In this document: positions 16,698 through 26,962 of the stretch, in pieces
Numbering within the stretch: the first letter of the stretch is position 1
Layout of the letters: every line of letters begins with the position of its first letter
Virus record (IMG/VR): IMGVR_UViG_3300033076_000460
Location: 1 to 59,518 of that record
Source: a virus
Lineage: Duplodnaviria > Caudoviricetes
DNA length: 59,518 bases
Strand: one strand, 5' to 3'
Translations under genes and position numbers: made by a program
Notes under the pieces: generated by a model
What the model saw: the letters and a program-made list of their open reading frames with translations, nothing else
What the model was told of the DNA's origin: nothing
Database searches by the model: none

Positions 16698-17339
16698 ATG
16701 GCAAAAAATCGTGGTGCAGCAAATCTAGCGGGCCTCGCCGCTCTTGGCGCATTGGGGTACAAGATGCTCCAAGACAAAAAGGGTTCGTCCGCCCCAGTCG
16801 AAGATCGCGGGGGGAGCGCCGTTGCTCGCCCCAGCGAAGATAGCGGCATGGGCGTGGATGAGTATGCTCGCGACAATTCCGAGTCTGCGATGTACGAAAA
16901 AGAGCCGGGCGGGGAGTCCAAAGTTGCGCCTCCCAAAGCCGCCGCTCCCAAAGCTGCTGCCAAGTCGAGATCAGTTGCTCCGACACCTCCCAACGACTCC
17001 GAAGCTGTGGTGGCACCAAAAGGCGGCTCTGGCGGCGGGCGTGGCCCGGCCTTTGGCGAACGAGAAGCCTATGAAGCCACCCGATACAAACCCCGCTACA
17101 CACCACCGGGCGTTGCCCCTAGGTCTGTTGCCGGAGCGCGATACCCCATGACTTCCCTCACTCGTGAAGACGTGTTGAAGGCAACTGAAATGAAAAAAGG
17201 TGGCGCAGTCAAGAAAATGGCTTCCGGCGGCGTGACCCGTTCTTCGGCTTCCAAGCGTGCTGACGGAATTGCTCAGAAGGGCAAGACCCGTGGGACCATG
17301 GTCATGTGCGGCGGCGGTTACGCCAAGGGCAAAAAATGA
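16698..17339 (+). CDS. low-complexity basic protein with MKKGG/MASGG
   Basis: AAGGAGG RBS; C-terminal RADGIAQKGKTRG shared with the upstream gene. Confidence 0.75.
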   Translation: MAKNRGAANLAGLAALGALGYKMLQDKKGSSAPVEDRGGSAVARPSEDSGMGVDEYARDNSESAMYEKEPGGESKVAPPKAAAPKAAAKSRSVAPTPPNDSEAVVAPKGGSGGGRGPAFGEREAYEATRYKPRYTPPGVAPRSVAGARYPMTSLTREDVLKATEMKKGGAVKKMASGGVTRSSASKRADGIAQKGKTRGTMVMCGGGYAKGKK

Positions 17340-17623
17340 TGGCCTCGCGTGGCATGGGGGCCATCAAACCGTCCAAGATGCCAAAGAAGAAGGTCATCCA
17401 ACGCAAGGATGACCCGAACGACGTTGACATGTACGCTGAAGGCGGCAAGACAAAGTCGAAGGTCAACGAGGCGGGCGTCTACACCAAGCCGGGCATGAGG
17501 AAGTCGCTGTTCGAATCCATCAAGTCCCGGGCGGTGCAAGGCACAGCCGCAGGTCAGTGGTCGGCCCGCAAGGCCCAGCTTCTGGCCAAGCAGTACAAAG
17601 CCCGTGGGGGTGGGTACAAGTGA
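17336..17623 (+). CDS. basic protein (DUF5872-like region)
   Basis: YTKPGMRK...GQWSARKAQLLAKQYKARGGGYK. Confidence 0.7.
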   Translation: MMASRGMGAIKPSKMPKKKVIQRKDDPNDVDMYAEGGKTKSKVNEAGVYTKPGMRKSLFESIKSRAVQGTAAGQWSARKAQLLAKQYKARGGGYK

Positions 17624-17853
17624 AGAATCCGCAGCAATCCCTCAAGGACTGGACTGCCCAAAAGTGGAGGACGAAAAGTGGTAAACGCTCTTCTGACACC
17701 GGTGAAAGATACCTTCCTGAAGCTGCGATCAAAGCTCTCAGCCCTTCTGAGTACGCTGCGACAACGCGTGCAAAACGTGCTGGCAAAGCTTCGGGGAAAC
17801 AATTCGTGAAGCAGCCGCCCAAGGTGGCGGCAAAGACAGCGAGGTACAGATAA
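17620..17853 (+). CDS. basic protein (DUF5872-like)
   Basis: GTG start overlapping the upstream stop; QQSLKDWTAQKWRTKSGK...GERYLP. Confidence 0.7.
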   Translation: MKNPQQSLKDWTAQKWRTKSGKRSSDTGERYLPEAAIKALSPSEYAATTRAKRAGKASGKQFVKQPPKVAAKTARYR

Positions 17854-18792
17854 ATGGCACAGACATCCGGCGCATCAGCATTCAACCTTGACCTGACTGA
17901 ACTGGTCGAGGAAGCGTTCGAGCGTGCCGGTCGTGAACTGCGCTCTGGCTACGACTTGCGAACTGCTCGTCGCAGCCTCAACATCATGTTCGCCGACTGG
18001 GCCAACCGTGGCATCAATCTGTGGACGATCGACACCGGTGTGATTGATTTAGTGCAGGGGCAGAACACGTACGCTTTACCTGTCGATACAATCGATCTTT
18101 TGGAACACGTTATTCGCACCGGTGGGAACCAAGCGGCGACTCAGGCCGACCTGACCATCACCCGCATTAGTGTTTCTACCTACGCCACGATCCCCAACAA
18201 AATCCAGCAAGCCCGGCCTATTCAGGTCTGGATTCAGCGGTACAACGGCCAGCAGTCGCCCACTGGTTTGGCAATCGACCAAACCGGCGGCATGGGGGCG
18301 GCAGATACCCAAGTGACCTTGGATTCTGTGGTTGGCTTGCCAGCCTCTGGTTTTGTGAAGATCGAAAACGAGATCATCAACTACGGCTACATCTCAGGGA
18401 ATACCCTATACAACTGCTTCCGTGGTCAGGCAAACACGACTGCGGCCAGCCATGCGGACGGCACGGCGGTGTACTGGCAGCAGCTCCCGGCTGTCACTGT
18501 CTGGCCAACCCCCGACAACGCGCAGCAGTACCAGTTCGTGTATTGGCGCTTGCGCCGCACGCAGGACGCTGGCGGCGGCGTGAACATCATGGACGTGCCA
18601 TTTCGCTTCATCCCCTGCATGGCGGCTGGCTTGGCCTACTACATCGCTGGCAAGATCCCCGAGGGGGCTGAGCGCATCATGATGCTCAAGCAGCAGTACG
18701 ACGAGGCTTGGGAGCTTGCGGCGTACGAGGACCACGAGAAAGCGGCTCTGCGCTTTGTACCCCGTCAGCAGTTCCTTGGGAATACGATCTAA
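17854..18792 (+). CDS. head-tail connector/adaptor protein
   Basis: EEAFERAG...ARRSLN...WANRGINLW...VWPTPD. Confidence 0.7.
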   Translation: MAQTSGASAFNLDLTELVEEAFERAGRELRSGYDLRTARRSLNIMFADWANRGINLWTIDTGVIDLVQGQNTYALPVDTIDLLEHVIRTGGNQAATQADLTITRISVSTYATIPNKIQQARPIQVWIQRYNGQQSPTGLAIDQTGGMGAADTQVTLDSVVGLPASGFVKIENEIINYGYISGNTLYNCFRGQANTTAASHADGTAVYWQQLPAVTVWPTPDNAQQYQFVYWRLRRTQDAGGGVNIMDVPFRFIPCMAAGLAYYIAGKIPEGAERIMMLKQQYDEAWELAAYEDHEKAALRFVPRQQFLGNTI

Positions 18793-19179
18793 ATGGGAAA
18801 CAGGTTCGCCTCCGGCAAATGGGCGATTGCTCAGTGCGACCGCTGCGATCAGCGGTTCAAGCTCAAGCAGTTGCGCCGGGAGATCATCAAGACCAAGAAC
18901 TACGAGTTGTTGGTCTGCCCTGAGTGCTGGGATCCTGATCAGCCCCAGCTTCAGTTGGGCATGTATCCGGTGGACGACCCGCAGGGCTTGCGCAACCCGC
19001 GCCCCGACCGCAGCTACGTCAGCTCTGGTTTGGACTCTGGCGGGTTTCTGTCGGGCGGGAGCAGAGACATTCAGTGGGGTTGGAACCCGGTTGGCGGGTC
19101 ACGCTCAATTGACAACGGGCTGACACCCAACTACTTGGTTTTGTCAGTGCAAATTGGTACAGTCACGGTATCCGTGTAA
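18793..19179 (+). CDS. zinc-ribbon virion-module protein
   Basis: CDRC...CPEC; DPQGLRNPRPD. Confidence 0.7.
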   Translation: MGNRFASGKWAIAQCDRCDQRFKLKQLRREIIKTKNYELLVCPECWDPDQPQLQLGMYPVDDPQGLRNPRPDRSYVSSGLDSGGFLSGGSRDIQWGWNPVGGSRSIDNGLTPNYLVLSVQIGTVTVSV

Positions 19180-19188
19180 GGAGCAAAA

Positions 19189-19359
19189 ATGGACAAGAAG
19201 CAAGTCAAGCAGATCGCTGACACCGAAGTGCGAAAGCACGAAAAGCGCATGCACGGCTCGAAGATGGCCAAGGGCGGCGTTACCACCGATTCGATGAAGA
19301 AGTACGGGCGCAACATGGCCCGTGTGATGAACCAGACCGGTTCCAAGCGCGGAGGCTGA
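19189..19359 (+). CDS. small basic protein (56 aa, below the ORF-track cutoff)
   Basis: AAGGAG RBS; MDKKQVKQIADTEVRKHEKRMHGSKMAKGGVTTDSMKKYGRNMARVMNQTGSKRGG. Confidence 0.7.
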   Translation: MDKKQVKQIADTEVRKHEKRMHGSKMAKGGVTTDSMKKYGRNMARVMNQTGSKRGG

Positions 19360-19360
19360 T

Positions 19361-19612
19361 ATGGCAAAGTACAGCATGAAAAAAGGCGGTAAGGAAGTTG
19401 GCCCTGCCTCGACCTACGCCGAACCCCACACGATGAAGGGCAAGAAGATGACTGCCGCCCCGGCTCCCAAGCCGCTGAAGGCTGATGATCTGAACCCCTC
19501 CGCTGCCAACATCTCCAAGGGCAACTATCCGCCCGTCAAGACTTCTGGCATCAAGATTCGTGGCACTGGGGCCGCGACCAAAGGCGTGATGGCCCGTGGC
19601 CCGATGGCGTGA
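19361..19612 (+). CDS. small basic protein
   Basis: GGAGG RBS; MKKGG; C-terminal RGTGAATKG. Confidence 0.7.
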   Translation: MAKYSMKKGGKEVGPASTYAEPHTMKGKKMTAAPAPKPLKADDLNPSAANISKGNYPPVKTSGIKIRGTGAATKGVMARGPMA

Positions 19613-19619
19613 GGTTTGA

Positions 19620-20330
19620 ATGACCTACGATGAACTTGTTGCGGCGATCCAGTCGTACACCGAGAACCAATTCCCAACGACCTACTTGGCCGATGGGTCT
19701 GGCGTTTCTCCGACCACCCAGATCAACACGTTCATCAAGCAAGCGGAACAACGAATCTTCAACACGATTCAGTTCCCTTCTCTTCGCAAGAATGTGACCG
19801 GGACGACGACAGCGAATAACAAGTACCTGTCTTGCCCCGATGACTTCTTGGCGGTGTACTCGCTGGCTGTGATTGATGCGGCAGGGGCGTACGAGTTTTT
19901 GCTGAACAAGGATGTGAACTTCATCCGTCAGGCATACCCGACCCCCACTGACACGGCCATTCCGAAGTATTACGCGCTCTTTGGCCCCACGACCACGAGC
20001 GGTGCAACGCCAGTCATCACGAACGAACTGTCGTTCATTCTTGGCCCCACCCCCGATGCTGCGTACAGCGTTGAACTGCACTACTTCTACTATCCAGTTT
20101 CGATTGTGGATTCAGTCGATGGTCACACATGGCTGGGTGACAACTTTGATTCGGTGCTGCTCTACGGCTCTTTGGTCGAGGCGTACACCTTCATGAAGGG
20201 TGAAGCTGACTTGATGACCCTGTACGATGGCAAGTACAAAGAAGCACTTGCTCTGGCCAAGCGTCTGGGCGACGGCATGGAACGTCAGGACGCGTATCGT
20301 TCTGGCCAATACAGACAGGCGGTCACATGA
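19620..20330 (+). CDS. phage adaptor/tail tubular A-like protein
   Basis: FIKQAEQRI...PKYYA...GPTPD...LLYGSLVEAY. Confidence 0.7.
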   Translation: MTYDELVAAIQSYTENQFPTTYLADGSGVSPTTQINTFIKQAEQRIFNTIQFPSLRKNVTGTTTANNKYLSCPDDFLAVYSLAVIDAAGAYEFLLNKDVNFIRQAYPTPTDTAIPKYYALFGPTTTSGATPVITNELSFILGPTPDAAYSVELHYFYYPVSIVDSVDGHTWLGDNFDSVLLYGSLVEAYTFMKGEADLMTLYDGKYKEALALAKRLGDGMERQDAYRSGQYRQAVT

Positions 20331-20746
20331 GCATCATGCAAGGAGCCACCACAAGCTTCAAGCTTGAGCTGCTTGAGGGGGTTCACAACTTTCTCACCGA
20401 CACGTTTCAGATTGCCCTGTACACGGGCAACGCAAACTTGGGCCCGTCCACTACGGTTTACAGCACCGCGAATGAGGTGACTGGAACCGGGTACACGGCG
20501 GGCGGCAACACCTTGACTGTCATCCCCCCGGCCTCTTCTGGCACGGTGGCGTATGTCTCTTTCCAAAATACCTCATGGGCCTCCGCGTCGTTCACCGCAA
20601 GAGCGGCTTTGATCTACAACGCAACCCAAGGTAACAAGTCTGTGGCCGTGCTGGATTTCGGTTCTGACAAAACCGCGTCCAACAGTCCATTCACGATCAC
20701 CTTCCCAGTTGATGACGCCTCCAACGCCATCGTGAGGGTTGCTTAA
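20327..20746 (+). CDS. tail-module structural protein
   Basis: SFKLELL...GTGYTAGG...AVLDFGSDK. Confidence 0.7.
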   Translation: MSIMQGATTSFKLELLEGVHNFLTDTFQIALYTGNANLGPSTTVYSTANEVTGTGYTAGGNTLTVIPPASSGTVAYVSFQNTSWASASFTARAALIYNATQGNKSVAVLDFGSDKTASNSPFTITFPVDDASNAIVRVA

Positions 20747-20831
20747 GGGGTATTCGTATGTTGGGCAACAACGTAGAATCGATTCAAACTTCAACACATG
20801 CGCTTAGTCGCATCTCTTAACAGGAGTCATC

Positions 20832-21437
20832 ATGCACAAGGAACTTTCCGGTTTTGGCGACAACGCGCAAGTCGTTCTGCACGCTAATACCGCTGCGGCG
20901 GAAACCACATCCATCGAAGGCCACTACCACGTTGTGTGCCGCGACAAAGACGGCAACATCAAGTGGGAAGAGCAATTCCCCAATTTGGTTGTTGCTGTGG
21001 GCAAGCAGCTCATGCTCGACACTTTGCTCAAAGGCTCCAGCTACTCTGTGACCGGCCCGTTCCTCGGCCTGATCTCGGGTTCTGGCAACACTTTCTCTGC
21101 CTCCGACACCATGTCCAGCCATGCTGGTTGGACTGAGTTCACCAACTACACCGTTGGCGGTTCTACGGTTCGCGGCACGGCGGTGTTCGGTTCTGCCACT
21201 TCTTCGGGTTCCACGCCCACCAACGTGACCACTTCTCTTGCTTCGGCCATCACCTACACCATCACCGGTGGCGGCGGCACGATCGGCGGCTGCTTCTTGG
21301 TCACGGGTTCTGGCGCGTCGTCCACCCAAGGCAACACCTCTGGTACGTTGTACAGCGCGGGCGCTTTTGGCACCGCAAAAGCCACAACGGCAGGCGACAC
21401 GGTCAGCGTTACCTACAGCACAACCGCAACTTCTTAA
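20832..21437 (+). CDS. tail-module structural protein
   Basis: AGGAG RBS; KWEEQFPNLVV; Ser/Thr/Gly-rich. Confidence 0.7.
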   Translation: MHKELSGFGDNAQVVLHANTAAAETTSIEGHYHVVCRDKDGNIKWEEQFPNLVVAVGKQLMLDTLLKGSSYSVTGPFLGLISGSGNTFSASDTMSSHAGWTEFTNYTVGGSTVRGTAVFGSATSSGSTPTNVTTSLASAITYTITGGGGTIGGCFLVTGSGASSTQGNTSGTLYSAGAFGTAKATTAGDTVSVTYSTTATS

Positions 21438-21447
21438 GGAGTCTTAA

Positions 21448-23193
21448 ATGGCTCTGGTCCTCGCGAACCGTGTCCAAGAACAGGCCACGGCAAATACCAC
21501 TGTAAGCTTCACGCTTACTGGTGCGGCTTCGGGCTTTCAGACTTTTGCTGTTGTCGGTAACGGCAACACCACCTACTACTCGGCCACCGATGCGTCGGGT
21601 AATTGGGAAGTCGGCCTTGGAACGTACTCGACGACCGGGCCAACACTGACTCGGACGACGGTCTACGCCTCCAGTAACTCTGGCAGTGCAGTGACGTTCT
21701 CTGGAACAGTCACAGTGTTTGTCACCTACCCGTCTGGGCAAGCAGTCAACCTCGATGCGTCTGGCAACGTCAGCGCATTGGGTACTGTTTCCTCGGGTAC
21801 GTGGCAGGGCAGTACGGTTGGTGTGGCGTATGGCGGCACGGGCGTGACATCTTCGTCTGGCGCGAACTCTGTCGTGCTGCGGGATGCAAACCAAAACATC
21901 AGCGTCAACAGCATCACCCAAGCCAGAGCGATTGTCACCTCTGCTGGCGGGACCACTACGCTGACGGCGGCATCGGCGCATTTCCAGATTTTGATTGGCA
22001 CATCTACCCAGACGTTCCAACTCCCTGATGCCACATTGCTGCCTACAGGATCCTCGTGGATTTTTGATAACGACTCCACCGGCAACTTGACGGTTGTTGA
22101 CAACGCCAGTGGCGCTGTTGATGTCGTGCCGCCCGGTGGCTATGCCACGGTGTTCTTGGAAAACAATTCGACTGTTGCGGGTACATGGGGCCGTTTTGGC
22201 ATGATCCCCGGTGAAATCAACTGGGGCACGAACAGCCTAGACCTTGGCGGTACTACGGTTCTCAGCAACGGCTACTGGCAGGGTAACGCCGTTCAACCTG
22301 CGTACGGTGGCACAGGGCTCACTACTTTTACCGGTGCCAACAACGCTCTGTACTCCACCAGCTCCAGCGCGTTGACGGCGGGGACGCTCCCCGTAGCCGC
22401 TGGCGGAACTGGGTCAGCCAGCCTCACCGCCAACAACGTGCTTTTGGGCAACGGGACATCCGCGCTCCAAGTGGTGGCTCCCGGTGCGGCTGGCAATATT
22501 CTGAAGAGCAACGGCACGACTTGGACTTCTGCCGCTCCTTCGACAAACGGGACCGTCACCAGCGTAGCGATGACTGTGCCGACGGGCTTGTCGATCTCTG
22601 GGTCACCGATTACCACCTCGGGTACGTTGGCGCTGTCGCTTCAGTCTGGGTACAGTATTCCGACCACAGCCAGTCAAGGGGAGTGGAACTCTGCCTATAC
22701 AAATACTTTGAAATGGAGTGGTGGGGCGACTGGTTTGGACGCTGCGCTTGGCAGGACAAGCCTTGGGCTTGGTTCTGCCGCCACCATGACGGGGCCTAGC
22801 GGCGCTATTGTTGGTACAACCGACACGCAGACCCTGACGAATAAATCGATCACTCCGCGTGTTTACATAGGGTTCGCTCCGTCCGGCTCTCAAACGCCAG
22901 ATTCCGATTCCTACGACATCATCACCTATGCTTTCGTCGGGGGGGCATTGACCATCAACGCCCCAACGATGTCGCCTGCCACTGATGGTCGCAAGCTGAT
23001 CTTCAGGATTTACGACAACGGGACGGCGCAAACAATCAGTTGGGCCAGCGGGTTTGGCGGATACAAAGCAATTGGCGTGACACTGCCCACCTCAACTCTC
23101 GGGTCATCCAAGCAGATTTATGTTGGCGTGATGTACAACGCTTTGGGTCCAACTGGGCCGGTCTGGGATGTGATCGCAGTGACGAACGAATAA
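21448..23193 (+). CDS. tail fibre protein
   Basis: MALVLANRVQE...WEVGLGT N-terminal module; repeated GGTG fibre motifs. Confidence 0.75.
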   Translation: MALVLANRVQEQATANTTVSFTLTGAASGFQTFAVVGNGNTTYYSATDASGNWEVGLGTYSTTGPTLTRTTVYASSNSGSAVTFSGTVTVFVTYPSGQAVNLDASGNVSALGTVSSGTWQGSTVGVAYGGTGVTSSSGANSVVLRDANQNISVNSITQARAIVTSAGGTTTLTAASAHFQILIGTSTQTFQLPDATLLPTGSSWIFDNDSTGNLTVVDNASGAVDVVPPGGYATVFLENNSTVAGTWGRFGMIPGEINWGTNSLDLGGTTVLSNGYWQGNAVQPAYGGTGLTTFTGANNALYSTSSSALTAGTLPVAAGGTGSASLTANNVLLGNGTSALQVVAPGAAGNILKSNGTTWTSAAPSTNGTVTSVAMTVPTGLSISGSPITTSGTLALSLQSGYSIPTTASQGEWNSAYTNTLKWSGGATGLDAALGRTSLGLGSAATMTGPSGAIVGTTDTQTLTNKSITPRVYIGFAPSGSQTPDSDSYDIITYAFVGGALTINAPTMSPATDGRKLIFRIYDNGTAQTISWASGFGGYKAIGVTLPTSTLGSSKQIYVGVMYNALGPTGPVWDVIAVTNE

Positions 23194-23205
23194 TTGGAGG
23201 TCGCA

Positions 23206-23385
23206 ATGGAATCGCATGTTTTTTCGTACACCACAAAATATGGGCAATTCACTGACGCCATCGTTTTGGAGGAAGGCCACGGCCTGACCGCAGAAGAGAT
23301 CGATGCAATGAAACTTGATCGCCTCAATAGGTGGTTGGCCCATCTTGACGGAGTCCACGCACAACAGGCGCAGGAGCCCCAGTAA
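23206..23385 (+). CDS. small protein, possible fibre chaperone
   Basis: GGAGG RBS; sits between the fibre and adhesin genes. Confidence 0.55.
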   Translation: MESHVFSYTTKYGQFTDAIVLEEGHGLTAEEIDAMKLDRLNRWLAHLDGVHAQQAQEPQ

Positions 23386-26072
23386 TGGCGACACGGTACT
23401 GGGTCGGCGGAACCGGCAACTGGATTACCGGCGGCACCGCCAACTGGTCAACCACCTCTGGCGGCGCGGGGGGCGCGTCGGTTCCTACATCCGCTGACGA
23501 TGTAGTGTTTGACGCAAATAGTGATGGCGGGAACCCTAGTTTTACAGTTTCTGTCGCGACATCTGGATCTAGTTGCAGAAACTGGACCAACACCGGTGTC
23601 GATGTGCCCATGACTTTTACATTTGGTAGCGGCTTGACTACCCTCAATGTCTACGGCTCTGTCACCATGCACGCGACTAGAACCACGTTGGGTGCGTCAC
23701 TCAATTGGGTTTTTACTGGTACTGGCGGTACTATTACCACCAACGGCGTTAGTTTCGCGGGGGGACGAGTAAACTTTGACAGCAGCACTGGTAGCTGGAC
23801 GCTTGGTTCCGCTATGAGTACGACCGGCGAATTTAACCTCGTATCGGGGAGTCTTAATACAGCCGGATTTGCTATCTCCTCGACCATAGTTACTTGTTCT
23901 GGCTCGGCTGTCAGATCTCTTACTCTTGGCGCTACAGCTTGGGCGATTACCGGCTCGGCGGGTTGGAGTTTTACGTCTACTGGGTTGACGTTCAATGCTG
24001 GAACTTCTACGCTGACTTTTTCATCCAGTGGGGTTACATTTAGCCACGCTAATCTCGCGTACTACAATGTGAGTTTTACCGGCGTTTATGGCACGTATGA
24101 TTTCACCGCGGGAGCGTTTTCTGCTAATAACTTGACATTCGGGGCGTTTACGAGTATTGGAAGCGTCGTTCTTGGCGGTGATATTTCACTTTCGGGTACG
24201 CTGTCTTGCGCTCCAGCTACGTCGAATGATAGAAGGCGGTTCATTCGCTCAAACACCATAGGTGCGACCCGAACCATTACTTGCGCTTCGAATGTCACTT
24301 CGTTTGGCATGGTTGATTTGCGGGATATTTCGATCAGCGCCCCAACCACGGTTACTGGGACATCGCTTGGTGATTGTGGCGGCAACAGTGGCGTCACGTT
24401 CACAGCACCTAAAACCGTTTACTGGAACCTCGTGGCGGGTGGGACGTGGACTTCCACTCCGTGGGCTTTAACGTCCGGCGGCGCGGTCTCACTGGCTAAT
24501 TTTCCGTTGCCACAAGACACATTGATTTTTAACAACACAGGACTGAATGCTGGTAGCACGGTTTCCCTCAACACATATGTCAACTTACCAAACTTCGATG
24601 CTAGTGCGTTGACCAACGCCTGCACCCTGACGAACAACATCACTACTGTCGGCCTTGCAAATTTTTGCGGCAGTTTGTCCGTCGGTAACTTTACTATGGG
24701 CGGCACGGCGTCCACCATCTACACATTTACAAGTCGCAATCCGTCGCTTTCTTCGGTCAATACGAACTCGAAGACTTTCACCAGTCAAGTCTACGTTTCA
24801 GCCCCCAGTGGCGGCATTAAGATCACCGGAACAAACGCCACATGGACAAACACCAACGGGTTGATCCACACCGCTGGAACAATTGATCTATCTGCGGGGT
24901 TCGATATTTCAGCCGTCAAATACACGTCAACCTACGTCTCCGGCGTGGCTCGTGGGTTTGTGTTTGGTGGGTCACTTAATCTATCCACCAGTGGGACTGC
25001 CGTTTTCAACGTGGCTGATGGCACTGGGTTCGTTGTGTCTGGTACCAGCGGGTATGTAAAGCTGACCTTCAGCGGCGCTACAGCTACCACCGTTGTTGCC
25101 AATTCTCCGTCTGGCCCAACCTCGGCGTTTCCATTCTGGTTTTCTGCGGGAACTTATAACCTCACCTTCCTCAACACCGCGAATGAAGTGGCGAACAGAG
25201 TTTCATTTGCTGGGTTTTCCGGAAAGTGGAACAACACGTTTCCAGCAGGAGGGGTAGCTTTGTTTGGCAGTATTGAGTTCTCTAGCGCGATGACGTTTAC
25301 AACCGGGTACGTTTACTCCTTGTCTGTCGGCGCTGGGGATTCTGGCTCCTACACCATTACTACAAACGGCAAAACCATACCCTTTGCAATGCAAGTTGTT
25401 GGCGCTGGCGGCACGCTTGCTCTTGCGGATGCCTACACGGCAACCGCAGGTTTTGCGGTATCGGTGGGAAATTTCAATTTGAATGGCTACACACTGACCA
25501 CGCCAAGCTTCCTTGTATCTAGCTCCATGCCTAAAAATATCACCTTTAACGGGGGAACAATTTCTGTCTCTGGGGATTTCACAACCGCTAGTGCGGCCAA
25601 TTTGACCACTACCGCTGGAACTGGGCCCGGGTATATTTCAATGACTTCGCCCAGCGCAAAAAATTTTAGCGGGGGTGGGCTTGACTATAGTGCCGCGACG
25701 CTTCAGCAAAGTGGTGCTGGGCCGTTGACAATCAGTGGTAGCAATACGTTTTATGACATTGCAAATACCACGCAGCCTGTGACCGTGCAGTTCGCTGCTG
25801 GGTCAACCAACACCTTTTCCAATTTCTCCCTGTCTGGGACGCTTGGGAATCAGGTCACAATCGCTTCCAACACTTCGGCCACGCACACTCTGTCTAAACT
25901 TACTGGTACAGTGAACGTGTCCTATTGCACAATCAGCTATTCTGTTGCCACCGGCGGCGCGACATGGAATTCGCTCCTGACAAACGGCAACATTGACAAC
26001 GGAAACAACACTGGGTGGAACTTTGTAGCGGTAGCGCCTTCCGCCGGTGGTAAATTTTTCACGGTCTTCTAA
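23385..26072 (+). CDS. large beta-solenoid adhesin-like/receptor-binding protein
   Basis: 895 aa, T/S/G/F-rich; RYWVGGTGNW...ADDVVFD module present twice; more T-ending codons than neighbours. Confidence 0.7.
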   Translation: MATRYWVGGTGNWITGGTANWSTTSGGAGGASVPTSADDVVFDANSDGGNPSFTVSVATSGSSCRNWTNTGVDVPMTFTFGSGLTTLNVYGSVTMHATRTTLGASLNWVFTGTGGTITTNGVSFAGGRVNFDSSTGSWTLGSAMSTTGEFNLVSGSLNTAGFAISSTIVTCSGSAVRSLTLGATAWAITGSAGWSFTSTGLTFNAGTSTLTFSSSGVTFSHANLAYYNVSFTGVYGTYDFTAGAFSANNLTFGAFTSIGSVVLGGDISLSGTLSCAPATSNDRRRFIRSNTIGATRTITCASNVTSFGMVDLRDISISAPTTVTGTSLGDCGGNSGVTFTAPKTVYWNLVAGGTWTSTPWALTSGGAVSLANFPLPQDTLIFNNTGLNAGSTVSLNTYVNLPNFDASALTNACTLTNNITTVGLANFCGSLSVGNFTMGGTASTIYTFTSRNPSLSSVNTNSKTFTSQVYVSAPSGGIKITGTNATWTNTNGLIHTAGTIDLSAGFDISAVKYTSTYVSGVARGFVFGGSLNLSTSGTAVFNVADGTGFVVSGTSGYVKLTFSGATATTVVANSPSGPTSAFPFWFSAGTYNLTFLNTANEVANRVSFAGFSGKWNNTFPAGGVALFGSIEFSSAMTFTTGYVYSLSVGAGDSGSYTITTNGKTIPFAMQVVGAGGTLALADAYTATAGFAVSVGNFNLNGYTLTTPSFLVSSSMPKNITFNGGTISVSGDFTTASAANLTTTAGTGPGYISMTSPSAKNFSGGGLDYSAATLQQSGAGPLTISGSNTFYDIANTTQPVTVQFAAGSTNTFSNFSLSGTLGNQVTIASNTSATHTLSKLTGTVNVSYCTISYSVATGGATWNSLLTNGNIDNGNNTGWNFVAVAPSAGGKFFTVF

Positions 26073-26082
26073 AGGGTAGCTG

Positions 26083-26922
26083 ATGTTTGGAACCTCTGCA
26101 TTTGCACAAACACCGTTTGCATCGCTTGCAGGGAGCGGCTTTGCTCTTTCCATCACAGAGAACCTCCTTGCTGAAGACTCGTCAACGCAACAAACAAACT
26201 ACGCTGTATCCCTGACCGAAGACAGCGTGCTCACTGATCTCAGCTCTACTGGCGCTTTGGTCCTTTTGGAAATTCAGGAAGATTTTGCCCCGGCGGATTC
26301 ATCGACTATCGGGTCTTCGCTTCTCCAAAGCATTACTGAAGACATCACGGTCGCGGACAGCGAACTGACTCAAACTCAGTTTGCTGTGTCCCGTACCGAG
26401 GACATCACTTTGGCCGACGACAACACGGTGTATCTGGCGTTTTCTCTGAGCCTGACCGAGGGAACCGTGACGGTTGGGGACTCCAGCACTCAAGCCTACA
26501 ACTACGCACAGTCGGTTATTGAGAATCTGGATGCTGCGTCGAGCGAAACTGCGCAAGCAAGTTTTATCCAGACCATCACAGAGAACGTGTCTTTGGCGGA
26601 TGTCCCAACAATCGGCGCACAGCTTGCTGTATCGATCACGGAAGCATTGACCTCCGGGGATCTGCCAGAGTACGTCTACATCATCAATCTCTCGCTCACA
26701 GAAAACCTGACTTCTGATGATGCAAGCCAGATCGGTTCGCAGTTTCTTGAAACCGTGGTTGAAAACCTGAGCCCAGCTGATGCCGCCGCAGTGACCGGCC
26801 AGCTTCAGTTCACGATTGCCGAAAATTCCGGGCTGGCCGACAATACGGTGGTATCGGGGTGGATCAAAGTCGTCTCCGCGCAGACTGCAAACTGGACACT
26901 GATTGACAATTCGCAACCGTAA
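26083..26922 (+). CDS. acidic repeat fibre-like protein
   Basis: MFGTSAFAQTPFASL start; recurring [ILV]TE[ND]...D repeats of about 21 aa. Confidence 0.7.
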   Translation: MFGTSAFAQTPFASLAGSGFALSITENLLAEDSSTQQTNYAVSLTEDSVLTDLSSTGALVLLEIQEDFAPADSSTIGSSLLQSITEDITVADSELTQTQFAVSRTEDITLADDNTVYLAFSLSLTEGTVTVGDSSTQAYNYAQSVIENLDAASSETAQASFIQTITENVSLADVPTIGAQLAVSITEALTSGDLPEYVYIINLSLTENLTSDDASQIGSQFLETVVENLSPADAAAVTGQLQFTIAENSGLADNTVVSGWIKVVSAQTANWTLIDNSQP

Positions 26923-26962
26923 GTAGCGCCGCTGTGACGCTGCTTTCAACCAAGGACAAGGC

